DNA of 38,004 bases from a virus. Taxonomy: Duplodnaviria > Caudoviricetes. Position 1 is the stretch's first letter, and each line of letters starts with the position of its first letter. This document shows positions 1 to 8,785 of this stretch, one piece after another. Both the position numbers and the translations under genes were made by a program. The stretch spans positions 1 to 38,004 of IMG/VR virus record IMGVR_UViG_3300043372_000085, one strand, 5' to 3'. Under the pieces are notes generated by a model, which did not search any database, was not told the origin of the DNA, and was given only the letters and a program-made list of their open reading frames with translations.

Positions 1-3000
1 TTGGGGGTTAGACCACGAACCTTATCCTCTGTGATATCGCCAAGCATACGGCGTTGAATGAGTGTCCGCAGATATTCCTCTGCCAGACGCCCACGACGGC
101 CCGCCACCTGTGCAAATTCTTGAATGAGCTGTTCCTTGGTCTTACCCGCTGTGTCGATACCAGCATATTTGCCGACAACTTCTTGGATCTGACCAATGGT
201 TAGGGAGTTCTCGATTTCCTCGCTCTGCTTACGGAAAAAGTTTTTGAAATTCTCTGGGTTTATTTGGTCTTCGGGAACTGTCCCTGCGAATAGATCGAAG
301 GCTGCCCATCCATGTTGAAGGTGCAACAGCTCTTCTTCCAAAACCTTAACAAAGAAGTCAGCAGCGTCGGTCGTTAGATCAGCACGTAACCGGCTCAACA
401 ACCTATCTGGGTTAACATAGATAACATCCAAGGAGTTCATGTCCTCGGGGTTGGATAGAAGACCCGCTCCTTCTTCCCGAGTTGTGAATACTACCCGCTT
501 GATCTTCGGTCCACCCTCTTGGGTGAGCTCTCCTTGTTTCCCCCGTGTCTTAGCCGCAACCTTGCGGATGTTGTTATATACATCTGCCAACCCTAGGTTG
601 AGGAGACGCAAGACAACCCGAGCCCGTAAAATCTTTCCTTCGCTAGGTGTCGGTCCGAGCCAAGCTTTGACCGATTCCTCGTCTACGCCAAGCTTGTCCG
701 CTTCTGCTACTACTTCACCAACCTTGGCCTGAAGCTTTTTCTCAGCTTCGGTTAGTCTATCTTCGATGGGGGCTTCGGCGGTTGGAGCAGTTGCTGTAGG
801 TGCCACAGGTTGATCAACTTTTCCATCCGCCGGCTCGACTTGCGGGGCGACAACAGCTTCTGTTTCTTTTTTGGCTTCTTCAATTGGTACTTTTGGGGTC
901 TGGTTAGAAAGGATGTCCTTTGCTTTAACTCTATCTAGTGCCTCGATGTCCGCAGGTAAATACCCCAGCTTAGAAAGAGCTGTAACTTGTTTCTTGGTAG
1001 GAGGAAGTTTTTTAGTTACTGGGACAGGAGCTGGAGTCTCAGCAACAGGAACTGTAGGAGTAGCTGGCGGAGTGACGGCTTGCGGTGCCGTTGCAGATAC
1101 GGCTACAGGAGCTTCGACCTGTGGCTTAGTTATATCAGATTGAGGAACATCTAAAGTCTCAGCAGTAGAAGTTTTTGCTTGTTCTTTAAGGGCTGTCCTA
1201 ATCGCACGACCTGCTGCCCGAGCTTGGCCTTCAGTCATTCCCGTGGCCTTCATTGCGAAGTCTAAGTATTCTGAATCTCTAGCACTCTTAGTTGCTTGGG
1301 CCACGATATACAAGGCACGATCAATATCGTTAGCAAACTTCAAAGCAAATTGTTTAGCTCCAAAAGCGTAACGGGGTTTAGCCCCTGCAAGATTACGGGG
1401 AAGTGTCGGAGTCGTTGGTTGAACCGGAGTTGGTGCTTCGGCTACAGGAGCAGGAGCTTCGGGGGTCAGTACTGGGGCTGGAGTCTCGAGAAGTTTTTTA
1501 AATATTGCTTCAACTTCTCCGTCATTTTTGGACATTTTCCTAGCTTCCGCAAACTTTTTACTTATATCTAAAATTTTAGCATCGCTCATACCCGTAATAT
1601 CTATTCCATATCTTCCAAATATTCTTTGAGCAGCTTCACGATCAACTTGGTATTCACCCGAGTCTTGTTGAATTAGCTTATTTCTAAGCTCGGTAAGTTG
1701 GGGTAAGTTTAAATTGCCAATGTCTATAACTTGTCCCTTGGTAGGGGAAAGTTTTTTAGTTACTGGCTCAGGGGCTGGAGCCTCGGAAACAGGAGCTTGC
1801 TCTTCCGCAACAGCCTGAGCTGACGCAGGAGCTACTTGCTCGAGGGGTGCTGTCCCTTGTTCCGTGATCGGCTTTCCAGCTAGGGGTTGGACGGGGGCCG
1901 GTATCTCTGCAACTGGTGCCGGTGTCTCAGCTACGGGGGCAGGAGCTTCAGCGGGAACTGGAACTTCGGCAACAGGGGCTTCGGCTTCAACTACGGGAGC
2001 TGGCTGGAACGCCTCGCGAGCCGTAGCTTCTGCTTCCTCAACCGTGGGTCCTTGTTGAGCTTTAGTCTCCGTATCAAAGCTCGCTTGAACTTTTGCTTTC
2101 TCTTCTGCGCTAAGGGAAGAATATGTTCCCTGTTCCATGGTAAGCACGGCGTTCGGAGCCATGCCCAATAAGCCAGCTTTGTCAGCGATTGAAAGACCGT
2201 CGTAAAATTTCTGTGGCCCTGTTGCCACCGGTTGAGGCTGAACTCCGATAACTTGTTCATATCTACCCTCTGCCGCGGCTTGAACCGCTTCCCTCGTGAC
2301 TTCACTAGCACTCGCGGGAGCGTTAGCATTGACAAGAGCCTTGGCAGTTTGCAATCCAGCGATAGCGATACTTCCAGGAGCTTGTACAAACATTTCTGCC
2401 GCAATTTCTCCCGGCTGAAGCTGAACAGGTTTCCCAGTAACAAGCGGTGCAACAATCTGTGCCCCCGTTTCCCCGACACCTTCCCCTATAGTTTCCACAC
2501 CGGTAATCGCAGCACCAACTCCTACCTTCTTTAGGCCAGAAGCTTTAGTTAATTTTGCAGCACCCGCTATGTATTTCCCAGCACCGAAGGTTGCTAACTC
2601 AGCAGCACCGATCACAACACCGCGAGCTGCGGAATAAGCCACCGCGTCTGAAACAAACGTTGGGTCGTCAAGAACAGCTTGGATATCTTCAGCTTTTGCG
2701 GGGTCAAGTCCACGCTTCCCGACTTCTTCGATCACCATCTGGTTGAAATTAACAACTCCCTCTACCACTCCCGAGCCCACCGCCCCTGTGGCGAGACCAG
2801 CTCCGATACCGACTGCGGGGCCACCCACAGCAGTTCCGGCCGCACCAACGGCAATTCCAGCCCCAACGGCTGGTGCGCTCGATCCCATGCTCTGCATGAA
2901 TAGGGGCGCAGCAATATCAAATGGGTTAGTTATGATTTTTCCAGCCGAGGCAAAAAACCCTGCTTGCTCTTCCGTAAATTTCTTGAGGTCTGGGTTTACA

Positions 3001-3515
3001 TACCTGTCCCTTTGTTCCCTATATTTCTGAGAGATGACATTGGAAGCCGTAGCAGTATCCGCCATACCAAGAGCTGATGCGTACCCAACCGTACCCGCTT
3101 CTAAAGCTCCGTATCCAGACTGAGCCTGTTGCACCAACTCCTCTATGTAATTGGGGGCGGTAAAGATGGGCTTACGCAGGTTGTCCGCCTTCGCGATATC
3201 GGTGAAGATACCCTCGGTGTACTTTACATCCTCTTCGGTGGACAGTTCACCATTCTGAGCCAAGTATTCCGTGGCGTACTTCTGCCAATCGTCAAACAAG
3301 TTTTGTTTCTGGGCAGGGGCTAAATCTGAAAATCTGGGATCGTTCCGGTAGTCTTCCCATTGAGTGAAGGCTGGAGTCTCTTCCTGTTCCTCAACTGGGG
3401 CTTGAGCTTGTTGGGGTGCTTGCTGTTCCGGAACGTCTTCGAGACCAACACCTTCTGCTAGAGCTTGCTGTTCTTCCAAGGCTGTTAGAAAATCATCCTC
3501 GGTAGGTTCAGCCAT
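1..3515 (-). CDS. Very large internal virion/ejection (polyvalent-type) protein, N-terminal >1171 aa, runs off window
   Basis: Hand-translated: ATG at 3515 (MAEPTEDDFLTALEEQQ...), and the frame at the window edge (...EDKVRGLTP) is consistent with that start. Gly/Ala hydrophobic segment (AVGAGIAVGAAGTAVGG), long Pro/Ala/Glu linkers, zincin-like VLEEELLHLQH...LAEEYLR near the edge. Last gene of ejection cluster. Absent from the ORF track because it has no stop in the window. Confidence 0.85.
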   Translation of the reverse strand, partial: MAEPTEDDFLTALEEQQALAEGVGLEDVPEQQAPQQAQAPVEEQEETPAFTQWEDYRNDPRFSDLAPAQKQNLFDDWQKYATEYLAQNGELSTEEDVKYTEGIFTDIAKADNLRKPIFTAPNYIEELVQQAQSGYGALEAGTVGYASALGMADTATASNVISQKYREQRDRYVNPDLKKFTEEQAGFFASAGKIITNPFDIAAPLFMQSMGSSAPAVGAGIAVGAAGTAVGGPAVGIGAGLATGAVGSGVVEGVVNFNQMVIEEVGKRGLDPAKAEDIQAVLDDPTFVSDAVAYSAARGVVIGAAELATFGAGKYIAGAAKLTKASGLKKVGVGAAITGVETIGEGVGETGAQIVAPLVTGKPVQLQPGEIAAEMFVQAPGSIAIAGLQTAKALVNANAPASASEVTREAVQAAAEGRYEQVIGVQPQPVATGPQKFYDGLSIADKAGLLGMAPNAVLTMEQGTYSSLSAEEKAKVQASFDTETKAQQGPTVEEAEATAREAFQPAPVVEAEAPVAEVPVPAEAPAPVAETPAPVAEIPAPVQPLAGKPITEQGTAPLEQVAPASAQAVAEEQAPVSEAPAPEPVTKKLSPTKGQVIDIGNLNLPQLTELRNKLIQQDSGEYQVDREAAQRIFGRYGIDITGMSDAKILDISKKFAEARKMSKNDGEVEAIFKKLLETPAPVLTPEAPAPVAEAPTPVQPTTPTLPRNLAGAKPRYAFGAKQFALKFANDIDRALYIVAQATKSARDSEYLDFAMKATGMTEGQARAAGRAIRTALKEQAKTSTAETLDVPQSDITKPQVEAPVAVSATAPQAVTPPATPTVPVAETPAPVPVTKKLPPTKKQVTALSKLGYLPADIEALDRVKAKDILSNQTPKVPIEEAKKETEAVVAPQVEPADGKVDQPVAPTATAPTAEAPIEDRLTEAEKKLQAKVGEVVAEADKLGVDEESVKAWLGPTPSEGKILRARVVLRLLNLGLADVYNNIRKVAAKTRGKQGELTQEGGPKIKRVVFTTREEGAGLLSNPEDMNSLDVIYVNPDRLLSRLRADLTTDAADFFVKVLEEELLHLQHGWAAFDLFAGTVPEDQINPENFKNFFRKQSEEIENSLTIGQIQEVVGKYAGIDTAGKTKEQLIQEFAQVAGRRGRLAEEYLRTLIQRRMLGDITEDKVRGLTP
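983..1050. repeat. 68-bp imperfect direct repeat, copy A (encodes PVAETPAPVPVTKKLPPTKKQV on minus strand)
   Basis: Aligns without gaps to 1727-1794, 58/68 identical by manual count. Confidence 0.85.
1727..1794. repeat. 68-bp imperfect direct repeat, copy B (encodes PVSEAPAPEPVTKKLSPTKGQV on minus strand)
   Basis: Aligns without gaps to 983-1050. Confidence 0.85.
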
Positions 3516-3522
3516 AACCAAT

Positions 3523-3551
3523 TAAGTATCAAAATTTATGACTTAGATCAA
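3523..3551 (-). promoter_or_regulatory. Putative sigma70-like promoter TTGATC-N17-TACTTA, 7 nt before ATG 3515
   Basis: Motif and spacing read directly; -35 overlaps the TGA of the upstream gene; no SD in the 7-nt gap. Confidence 0.5.
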
Positions 3552-4882
3552 CCTGAAACTGAAGCTTTGAGCCCTTCGCTAGTGACAGGAGCACCAAACG
3601 GATTAGCTACAACGGGAGCTGAGTATACCCGTCTCCCAGCAGCTTGCGCTGCCTTGTCGAACCTACCGGTAGCAGTTGAAGATATGGGGCTAGCCGAAGT
3701 CTGTGGCTTTGGTGTTGTAGTCGGGACTGGGAAGGATGGTGGCTGTAAGGTTCTCTTCTTTGTCGCGCCTGCTGGGGTCACCTGTGGTTGTCCAGTAGTT
3801 TGAGGTAGTTGAGACACAGCTTTCTGCTCTAGCAATTGCACACCCATATCCAGTGTTTTCTGGAGCGAAGCTTGTTTAGCGATCAAGCCATCCAGATCAG
3901 ACTTTATGCCAGCTTTTGCAACGGAGCTTTCTGCCCCCTCTAGCTCGGCTTTCTTATCTACTATAAGACCGTCAACAGATTTTATTTGACCCTTGAGGAA
4001 TTCGATATCCGCTTTTTCGTAGGTTTTAACTCCAGTAGAAGTACCAGCACCAGTCCTTGACGGTGCGAACACCCTTGGTGCAGTACTTTTCAATGTCGTA
4101 CCATCGGGCAACTTCATCTCCCGTGTTACAATATTACCTTCTGCAAAATTCTGTGCTTCGAATTTACCTTCCGCCTCTGCGGTACGCATCTCGTTAACTT
4201 TGCGTTTAATTACTCGTATGGCGACAGCGTAACCATCTGGGTCATCGTTCTGATTTAGCCTAGCATTTCTCCAGTACTCTGGGGCTGGGGTGCTCCCGAT
4301 AAGTACTTCGTCGAGTACCCCTTCATCGAAAGCGCCCTGCACCTCTACCGCGTCTTCCGAGTATTTGTTAGCTTTAAAAACTCCATATTGTTCGTCGTAC
4401 GGTCCAAGAATACCCTGTACAATTTTATAGGCATTGGGGTTGTTCGCGAACATTTTAAACACTCGTACCCTAGCTTGTGGGTATTCTTGGGCGTTCCCGC
4501 CATTTGGAGAGAATGCCTCAAGCGCACCAATGATCTCGTCTTTTTTCGCCCATGTTTCCTCTAGTTGGTTAAAGCTTTTCTTGTCGCTATCATACTTAAA
4601 TTTCTTAAGTTCAAAATCTAAATCCCCAGTCCGAATATCTTGGTCCTGCTTCTCCCGCCTTAAGTCAAAGTCTCTGTCGTTCCGGACGACTAAATTTTGG
4701 AACTCTTTTTCCCGCAGGGATTGAGCTCGATCTGCATTCGTAATGTTTGTTGCCTCTTTCCATTGCCGTAAGAAATTATTAGCATTCTCTCGGTCTACGG
4801 AGACAGTATCCCCAGATTTATAGGATATCGCCGACATATCTTGCGGTCTAAACTCTCCGGGAAGCTGGTATTGATCGGCCAT
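3548..4882 (-). CDS. Putative internal virion (ejection) protein, helical/coiled-coil
   Basis: 444 aa, charged helical composition, lies between the Gly-rich pilot-type gene and the giant protein as in podovirus ejection clusters. Confidence 0.6.
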   Translation of the reverse strand: MADQYQLPGEFRPQDMSAISYKSGDTVSVDRENANNFLRQWKEATNITNADRAQSLREKEFQNLVVRNDRDFDLRREKQDQDIRTGDLDFELKKFKYDSDKKSFNQLEETWAKKDEIIGALEAFSPNGGNAQEYPQARVRVFKMFANNPNAYKIVQGILGPYDEQYGVFKANKYSEDAVEVQGAFDEGVLDEVLIGSTPAPEYWRNARLNQNDDPDGYAVAIRVIKRKVNEMRTAEAEGKFEAQNFAEGNIVTREMKLPDGTTLKSTAPRVFAPSRTGAGTSTGVKTYEKADIEFLKGQIKSVDGLIVDKKAELEGAESSVAKAGIKSDLDGLIAKQASLQKTLDMGVQLLEQKAVSQLPQTTGQPQVTPAGATKKRTLQPPSFPVPTTTPKPQTSASPISSTATGRFDKAAQAAGRRVYSAPVVANPFGAPVTSEGLKASVSG

Positions 4883-4885
4883 AAA

Positions 4886-5872
4886 TTAGAATCCTGTTAC
4901 TGATCCAATACCGCCACCACCGTAGCCACCCGGAGAGGAGGGCCTCAAATAATTGTATATCATATTTGAAGAATATTGGGGTGCCCCGAAACTCGACTGT
5001 GGCATCGTGAAAGCTTGACCAATGGAACTGAATGCTGTTGTTCCTCCCCCGCCTAGTCCCGAAAGCCCTGTACTCCCGCCCCCTCCGCCCAACAGCCCCC
5101 CGCCGAATAGCGAAGACCCCGCTCCAGCCATAGAACTCATCAACCCGCCGGACTGGCCAGCCCCCATGGAGAAACCACCCCCACCGGCTAGACTTCCTAG
5201 ACCGCTCCCGAGCATACCGCCAATGGCGGTACCAACTCCTGGCATGGCAAATGATCCAACAGCCCCGCCAATGAGACCACCAATACTTCCGAATAGCCCC
5301 CCGTTGCCTCCGCTTTGAGCTTTAGCCACATCGTAATTGTATTTGTTTACAGCGTTCTGGTTGTTGGTGCTCGCGACATCTTGTGCTTGCTTTAAGTCCT
5401 CTCCTCGTAGCTGGCCAGTCGAAAACAAATAGTTTTGAGCCTGTTGGGGGGATAAAAAATTAGATAACTCCATCAAACCCGGAGCATACGCCGCTCCCTG
5501 TTGCATCAGACCCATCGAAGTCATGCCGAAATCACGGGCTTGCAAGTTACGAGACATCTCGCTTGCACCGGGCAACCCCACCGCTTGAGCTTGTTCGGCG
5601 CTACCCCTACGAACCTGAGCCTGTACATCAGCGGGGATCTCCCCTCCGAGTAATTGGTTAACTAATGAGCTCAGTTGGGTAGAAGCCCCAAGAGTTCCGG
5701 GCAATCCGGTTTCAAGTTCGGATCTGAACATTTTATTTACATCCCCCGCGAAACTAGAAAGAGCGGGAAACTGAGAAGTTTGGCCTAAAAATTTTGAAAA
5801 AGTCTCTTCAAGCGGAACTACGCGAGGAGCCTGTAGTGTCGGGGGTGCTGGCGATGATCTACGTCCACCCAT
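4886..5872 (-). CDS. Putative DNA pilot/ejection protein with Gly-rich membrane-inserting segment
   Basis: Start reassigned to ATG 5872 (MGGRRSSPAPP), coupled to the upstream stop by TAATG; glycine-zipper GLFGSIGGLIGGAVGSFAMPGVGTAIGGMLGSGLG. Confidence 0.65.
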   Translation of the reverse strand: MGGRRSSPAPPTLQAPRVVPLEETFSKFLGQTSQFPALSSFAGDVNKMFRSELETGLPGTLGASTQLSSLVNQLLGGEIPADVQAQVRRGSAEQAQAVGLPGASEMSRNLQARDFGMTSMGLMQQGAAYAPGLMELSNFLSPQQAQNYLFSTGQLRGEDLKQAQDVASTNNQNAVNKYNYDVAKAQSGGNGGLFGSIGGLIGGAVGSFAMPGVGTAIGGMLGSGLGSLAGGGGFSMGAGQSGGLMSSMAGAGSSLFGGGLLGGGGGSTGLSGLGGGGTTAFSSIGQAFTMPQSSFGAPQYSSNMIYNYLRPSSPGGYGGGGIGSVTGF

Positions 5873-6264
5873 TATGATGTCCTCTCCGCTAAAGTCCAAG
5901 GCAACACACGCATACGATCGTTATACTTGCCCCTCTCGAAACAGATCCACGACCGGATACCGGAAATAGCCATTGCGTTGCGTACAAGTTCTCCACGAAC
6001 TACCTTGTCATCCGAGGCCAAGACAACGATTGCCACGCCTTTAGAATTAAAATTGTTCTTCCACTCCCGAATGTCCGAAGGCTTGTCCACAAACTGCAAA
6101 GCCAGAACTCCATCCACTTTCCCCTTCTCGTTCTGATGTACAATGAGTTGTCCAAGGTCGGCAAAGAATTTGATCATGTCCTTCAAATCCTTCCGTTTCC
6201 AAAGCCGATAGAAAGGGATTTTCGTTTCGACGTAGGTTGTCACTTGAGTATTGATATCTTTCAT
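5872..6264 (-). CDS. Small tail-assembly protein, possibly GNAT-like fold
   Basis: 130 aa alpha/beta protein at the adaptor-to-ejection junction, where podoviruses often carry a GNAT-like gene; function from synteny only. Confidence 0.45.
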   Translation of the reverse strand: MKDINTQVTTYVETKIPFYRLWKRKDLKDMIKFFADLGQLIVHQNEKGKVDGVLALQFVDKPSDIREWKNNFNSKGVAIVVLASDDKVVRGELVRNAMAISGIRSWICFERGKYNDRMRVLPWTLAERTS

Positions 6265-6293
6265 TTTAAGCCACTAGTCAATAATTGGTTGCA

Positions 6294-7619
6294 TTAGAGT
6301 ATGTGGGGTATATCGCCCATGGCGAAGCCCACACCCTGAACCTGCATGCTAAGTCTAGTCCCGCCACGCTTCTCAAGAAGTTCGGCGCGGAGAAGTTCGA
6401 CAGCCTTGTTTTCGTGGAATGTGTAAAAGTCAGGCTTTTCCGTCTGCATCAAAGCGGTAACCATCTCCACCATAGCGGGGTAGTTCTTAATCGCCATCTC
6501 GGAGGAATCGTTGAGCTTCGGTACAAACCGCTTCTTAGCCAGAATGACAATGTCGGTGTTCGGTACTGGGCACCCGCAATCCGGCCTATTCACAAAATAG
6601 CGGCGTTTGGATTCGAACAGACCCGTCGAGTTATTCAAAACGTAGCCCTCGCCACGGTCAACCACAGTGCTTACTGAATCATTGTCGATAGTCCTATATC
6701 CAGGACCGTTCTCGTGGAAGTCGTACTCCCTCGCAAACAAATCCATTCTCTGAGTGTCGTGCGCCACAAACAAAATAGAGTCGACTTCATTGGGGAGATA
6801 GATTTCTCCGTTCGTCGGTACGCTTATAGTATACTGCTCGATCGTCCCAAACCACTTGCCCTTGGTCATCAGGTGCTCCTCGGCCCGATCAATCACGTAG
6901 AAAAGGGCGGCGTCGTCCGTATGGAGACCATCCTTGAGATCGAGAGCCATGCGAGCCCGCATGAAACCCATGGTTCCAGAGGAAGAGTTTGCAATGGCGG
7001 ACTGGTAATTCAACCGACGAGCCCCCTCGAGCGTCTTGTCTATCACAACGGATAAACGCTCAACAGCCTTGGCTTCGAACGCCTGTGCGAGATCAAGCTG
7101 TCCATTCTGTTCCCGCCAAAGGGCTAGGAGCATAAGGCGGAGGGCGTCAACGTCTTGGATAATCAGAAGGTCTGTGGGTACCGCTGCTGCAATAAAATTT
7201 AGTTTCCCAGTTACTTCTACAAAAGAAGGAAGCGGATTGACTCCGGATATCTGATAGGATCTATAATTTGCGGAGTTAATTGGTTTACTCACTTTGAGCA
7301 AGGTCTCGCTGTTAGAGAGAAAAGCTTGTTCGCTGTTAGTGAGGAACCCAGCGTTAAGGGAAGTGGAATTTACTCTTAAGATTGTGTTCAGCCCAAACCC
7401 CGCAAAAGTTGAAATATTTCCAGTAGGATCTGGTAGAGTGAACACATTGCCAACCACAGGAACAGAAAATTTAGCAAGAACACCAAGCCAAGAACGAATC
7501 GCATAGAGACGTCTCTGCGCCTCGTTAATCCGAGCTATCACCCTATCGTCGGTCGGATAAACTCCGTTATCGACATATGGGGACAGAGCAGCCTTGGCTT
7601 CTGCTAGGGTAATAGCCAT
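6294..7619 (-). CDS. Head-tail adaptor (tail tubular protein A-like) with two tandem homologous domains
   Basis: N-half TLAEAKAAL...IARINEAQRRL...SWLG and C-half TMGFMRARM...FYVIDRAEEHL...KWFG; both end in a helical xEAKAVE/HENKAVE motif. Confidence 0.6.
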   Translation of the reverse strand: MAITLAEAKAALSPYVDNGVYPTDDRVIARINEAQRRLYAIRSWLGVLAKFSVPVVGNVFTLPDPTGNISTFAGFGLNTILRVNSTSLNAGFLTNSEQAFLSNSETLLKVSKPINSANYRSYQISGVNPLPSFVEVTGKLNFIAAAVPTDLLIIQDVDALRLMLLALWREQNGQLDLAQAFEAKAVERLSVVIDKTLEGARRLNYQSAIANSSSGTMGFMRARMALDLKDGLHTDDAALFYVIDRAEEHLMTKGKWFGTIEQYTISVPTNGEIYLPNEVDSILFVAHDTQRMDLFAREYDFHENGPGYRTIDNDSVSTVVDRGEGYVLNNSTGLFESKRRYFVNRPDCGCPVPNTDIVILAKKRFVPKLNDSSEMAIKNYPAMVEMVTALMQTEKPDFYTFHENKAVELLRAELLEKRGGTRLSMQVQGVGFAMGDIPHIL

Positions 7620-7622
7620 GGC

Positions 7623-7961
7623 TTACGCTGGTGGGACTGGCCAGATTACATCTTCGGGTGTTGGGAAATCCTTGGTTACGTCGCGAAGCTTCTGGCGGTA
7701 GGTCACCCAAGCTGGTCTATTGGGGATAGACACATCAGGTAATTGCGTCCAGTCGGAAGCCACTAGAAAACTATCTCGCGATTTGCGAATAGGATCCCAA
7801 GGAATTTCTGGTTCTAATACAGACCAAGCTTGCTCTAATTCCTCCACGGTTGGCTTTGGGGTATCCGACAACCAAGTCAAACCGGAATAGTCGTTGCCAA
7901 CCAGAGTCCATTCTTCGTCAGGGCGCAAAAATAAAATTGTTTTTGTTAAATCTATTGTCAT
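7623..7961 (-). CDS. Tail fibre assembly chaperone
   Basis: Signature WxxIRxxRDxxLxxSDWTQLPD...WxxYRQxLRDxT...WPxxP; directly follows fibre gene with ATGA overlap. Confidence 0.85.
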   Translation of the reverse strand: MTIDLTKTILFLRPDEEWTLVGNDYSGLTWLSDTPKPTVEELEQAWSVLEPEIPWDPIRKSRDSFLVASDWTQLPDVSIPNRPAWVTYRQKLRDVTKDFPTPEDVIWPVPPA

Positions 7962-8782
7962 GGTCTTACCTCAATAGCTACAATTGACGACCGTTCTCCG
8001 TTTGATTGAAAAGCCGCGTACCCGCTAGCATCGTTAAAAGAAGGCCGTCCTTGGACTTTGTAGGTAGTTGCGGCTGATGCACTCGGGGAATCTAAATATT
8101 GAAATGACCATGTCCCGATTAACTGGGAAGTAGTTGAATTCCCCACACTAGTAAGTATGTCTGTGTTTGAAGTAGACCCAGCGTATATAGCCGTAGATCC
8201 ACGCAAGACACTAAATTTTACTCCCTGCCCCGATGATACTCTAAACGCATTATAATTTTGCGAAACCAAAATTAAAATTTTATTAGAAGCTGAAGTTGGT
8301 GTAATCGTAACGGTTAAACCAGTATCCGTCAAAGTAAGTGTGCTAACTGTGACTGACGTGCTTGTCGATCCCTCCACAACTTGAGCAACTCTACCGAGCG
8401 AAATAGATGCATTCCCGACCGTTATCTTCTTTAACACACGAGAAGTTCCAGCTTGGCTTATGAGCAACTGATCTGAATTAGCTAAAGTTGTGATAGTTCC
8501 TTTACCGCTAATTAAAGTTTCTGGACGAGCGGGGCTTAATGAACCTTCGAAGGGGTACTCTCGGTAGGCTCCGTTATTATAAACACTAAGGACAGGGGAC
8601 GCCGCTACATTTGTGTTAACCCATAAAAAATCCGTATTCGGAGATGGGTCTACGGCGCTGTATAGAACTTTACTGGAAATAGCAAAAGCGGGAATATCCA
8701 AGTATTGGGCAAAAAGCTCCAACAACTCTTGGGGAGTTCCGTAACACGTATCTGAGGGTAGGGATCCGGGGATTAATGACAT
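7958..8782 (-). CDS. Tail fibre protein
   Basis: Ser/Thr-rich beta C-terminal domain (GRVAQVV...TDTGLTVTITPTSASNKILILVS...YLDSPS...TTYKVQ) typical of aquatic phage fibres; followed by chaperone. Confidence 0.7.
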   Translation of the reverse strand: MSLIPGSLPSDTCYGTPQELLELFAQYLDIPAFAISSKVLYSAVDPSPNTDFLWVNTNVAASPVLSVYNNGAYREYPFEGSLSPARPETLISGKGTITTLANSDQLLISQAGTSRVLKKITVGNASISLGRVAQVVEGSTSTSVTVSTLTLTDTGLTVTITPTSASNKILILVSQNYNAFRVSSGQGVKFSVLRGSTAIYAGSTSNTDILTSVGNSTTSQLIGTWSFQYLDSPSASAATTYKVQGRPSFNDASGYAAFQSNGERSSIVAIEVRP

Positions 8783-8785
8783 AAA

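Noticed and set aside
8-3323. Many short ORFs listed in the track over 1-3.3 kb
   Set aside because: All overlap the single long minus-strand frame starting at 3515 that the track omitted
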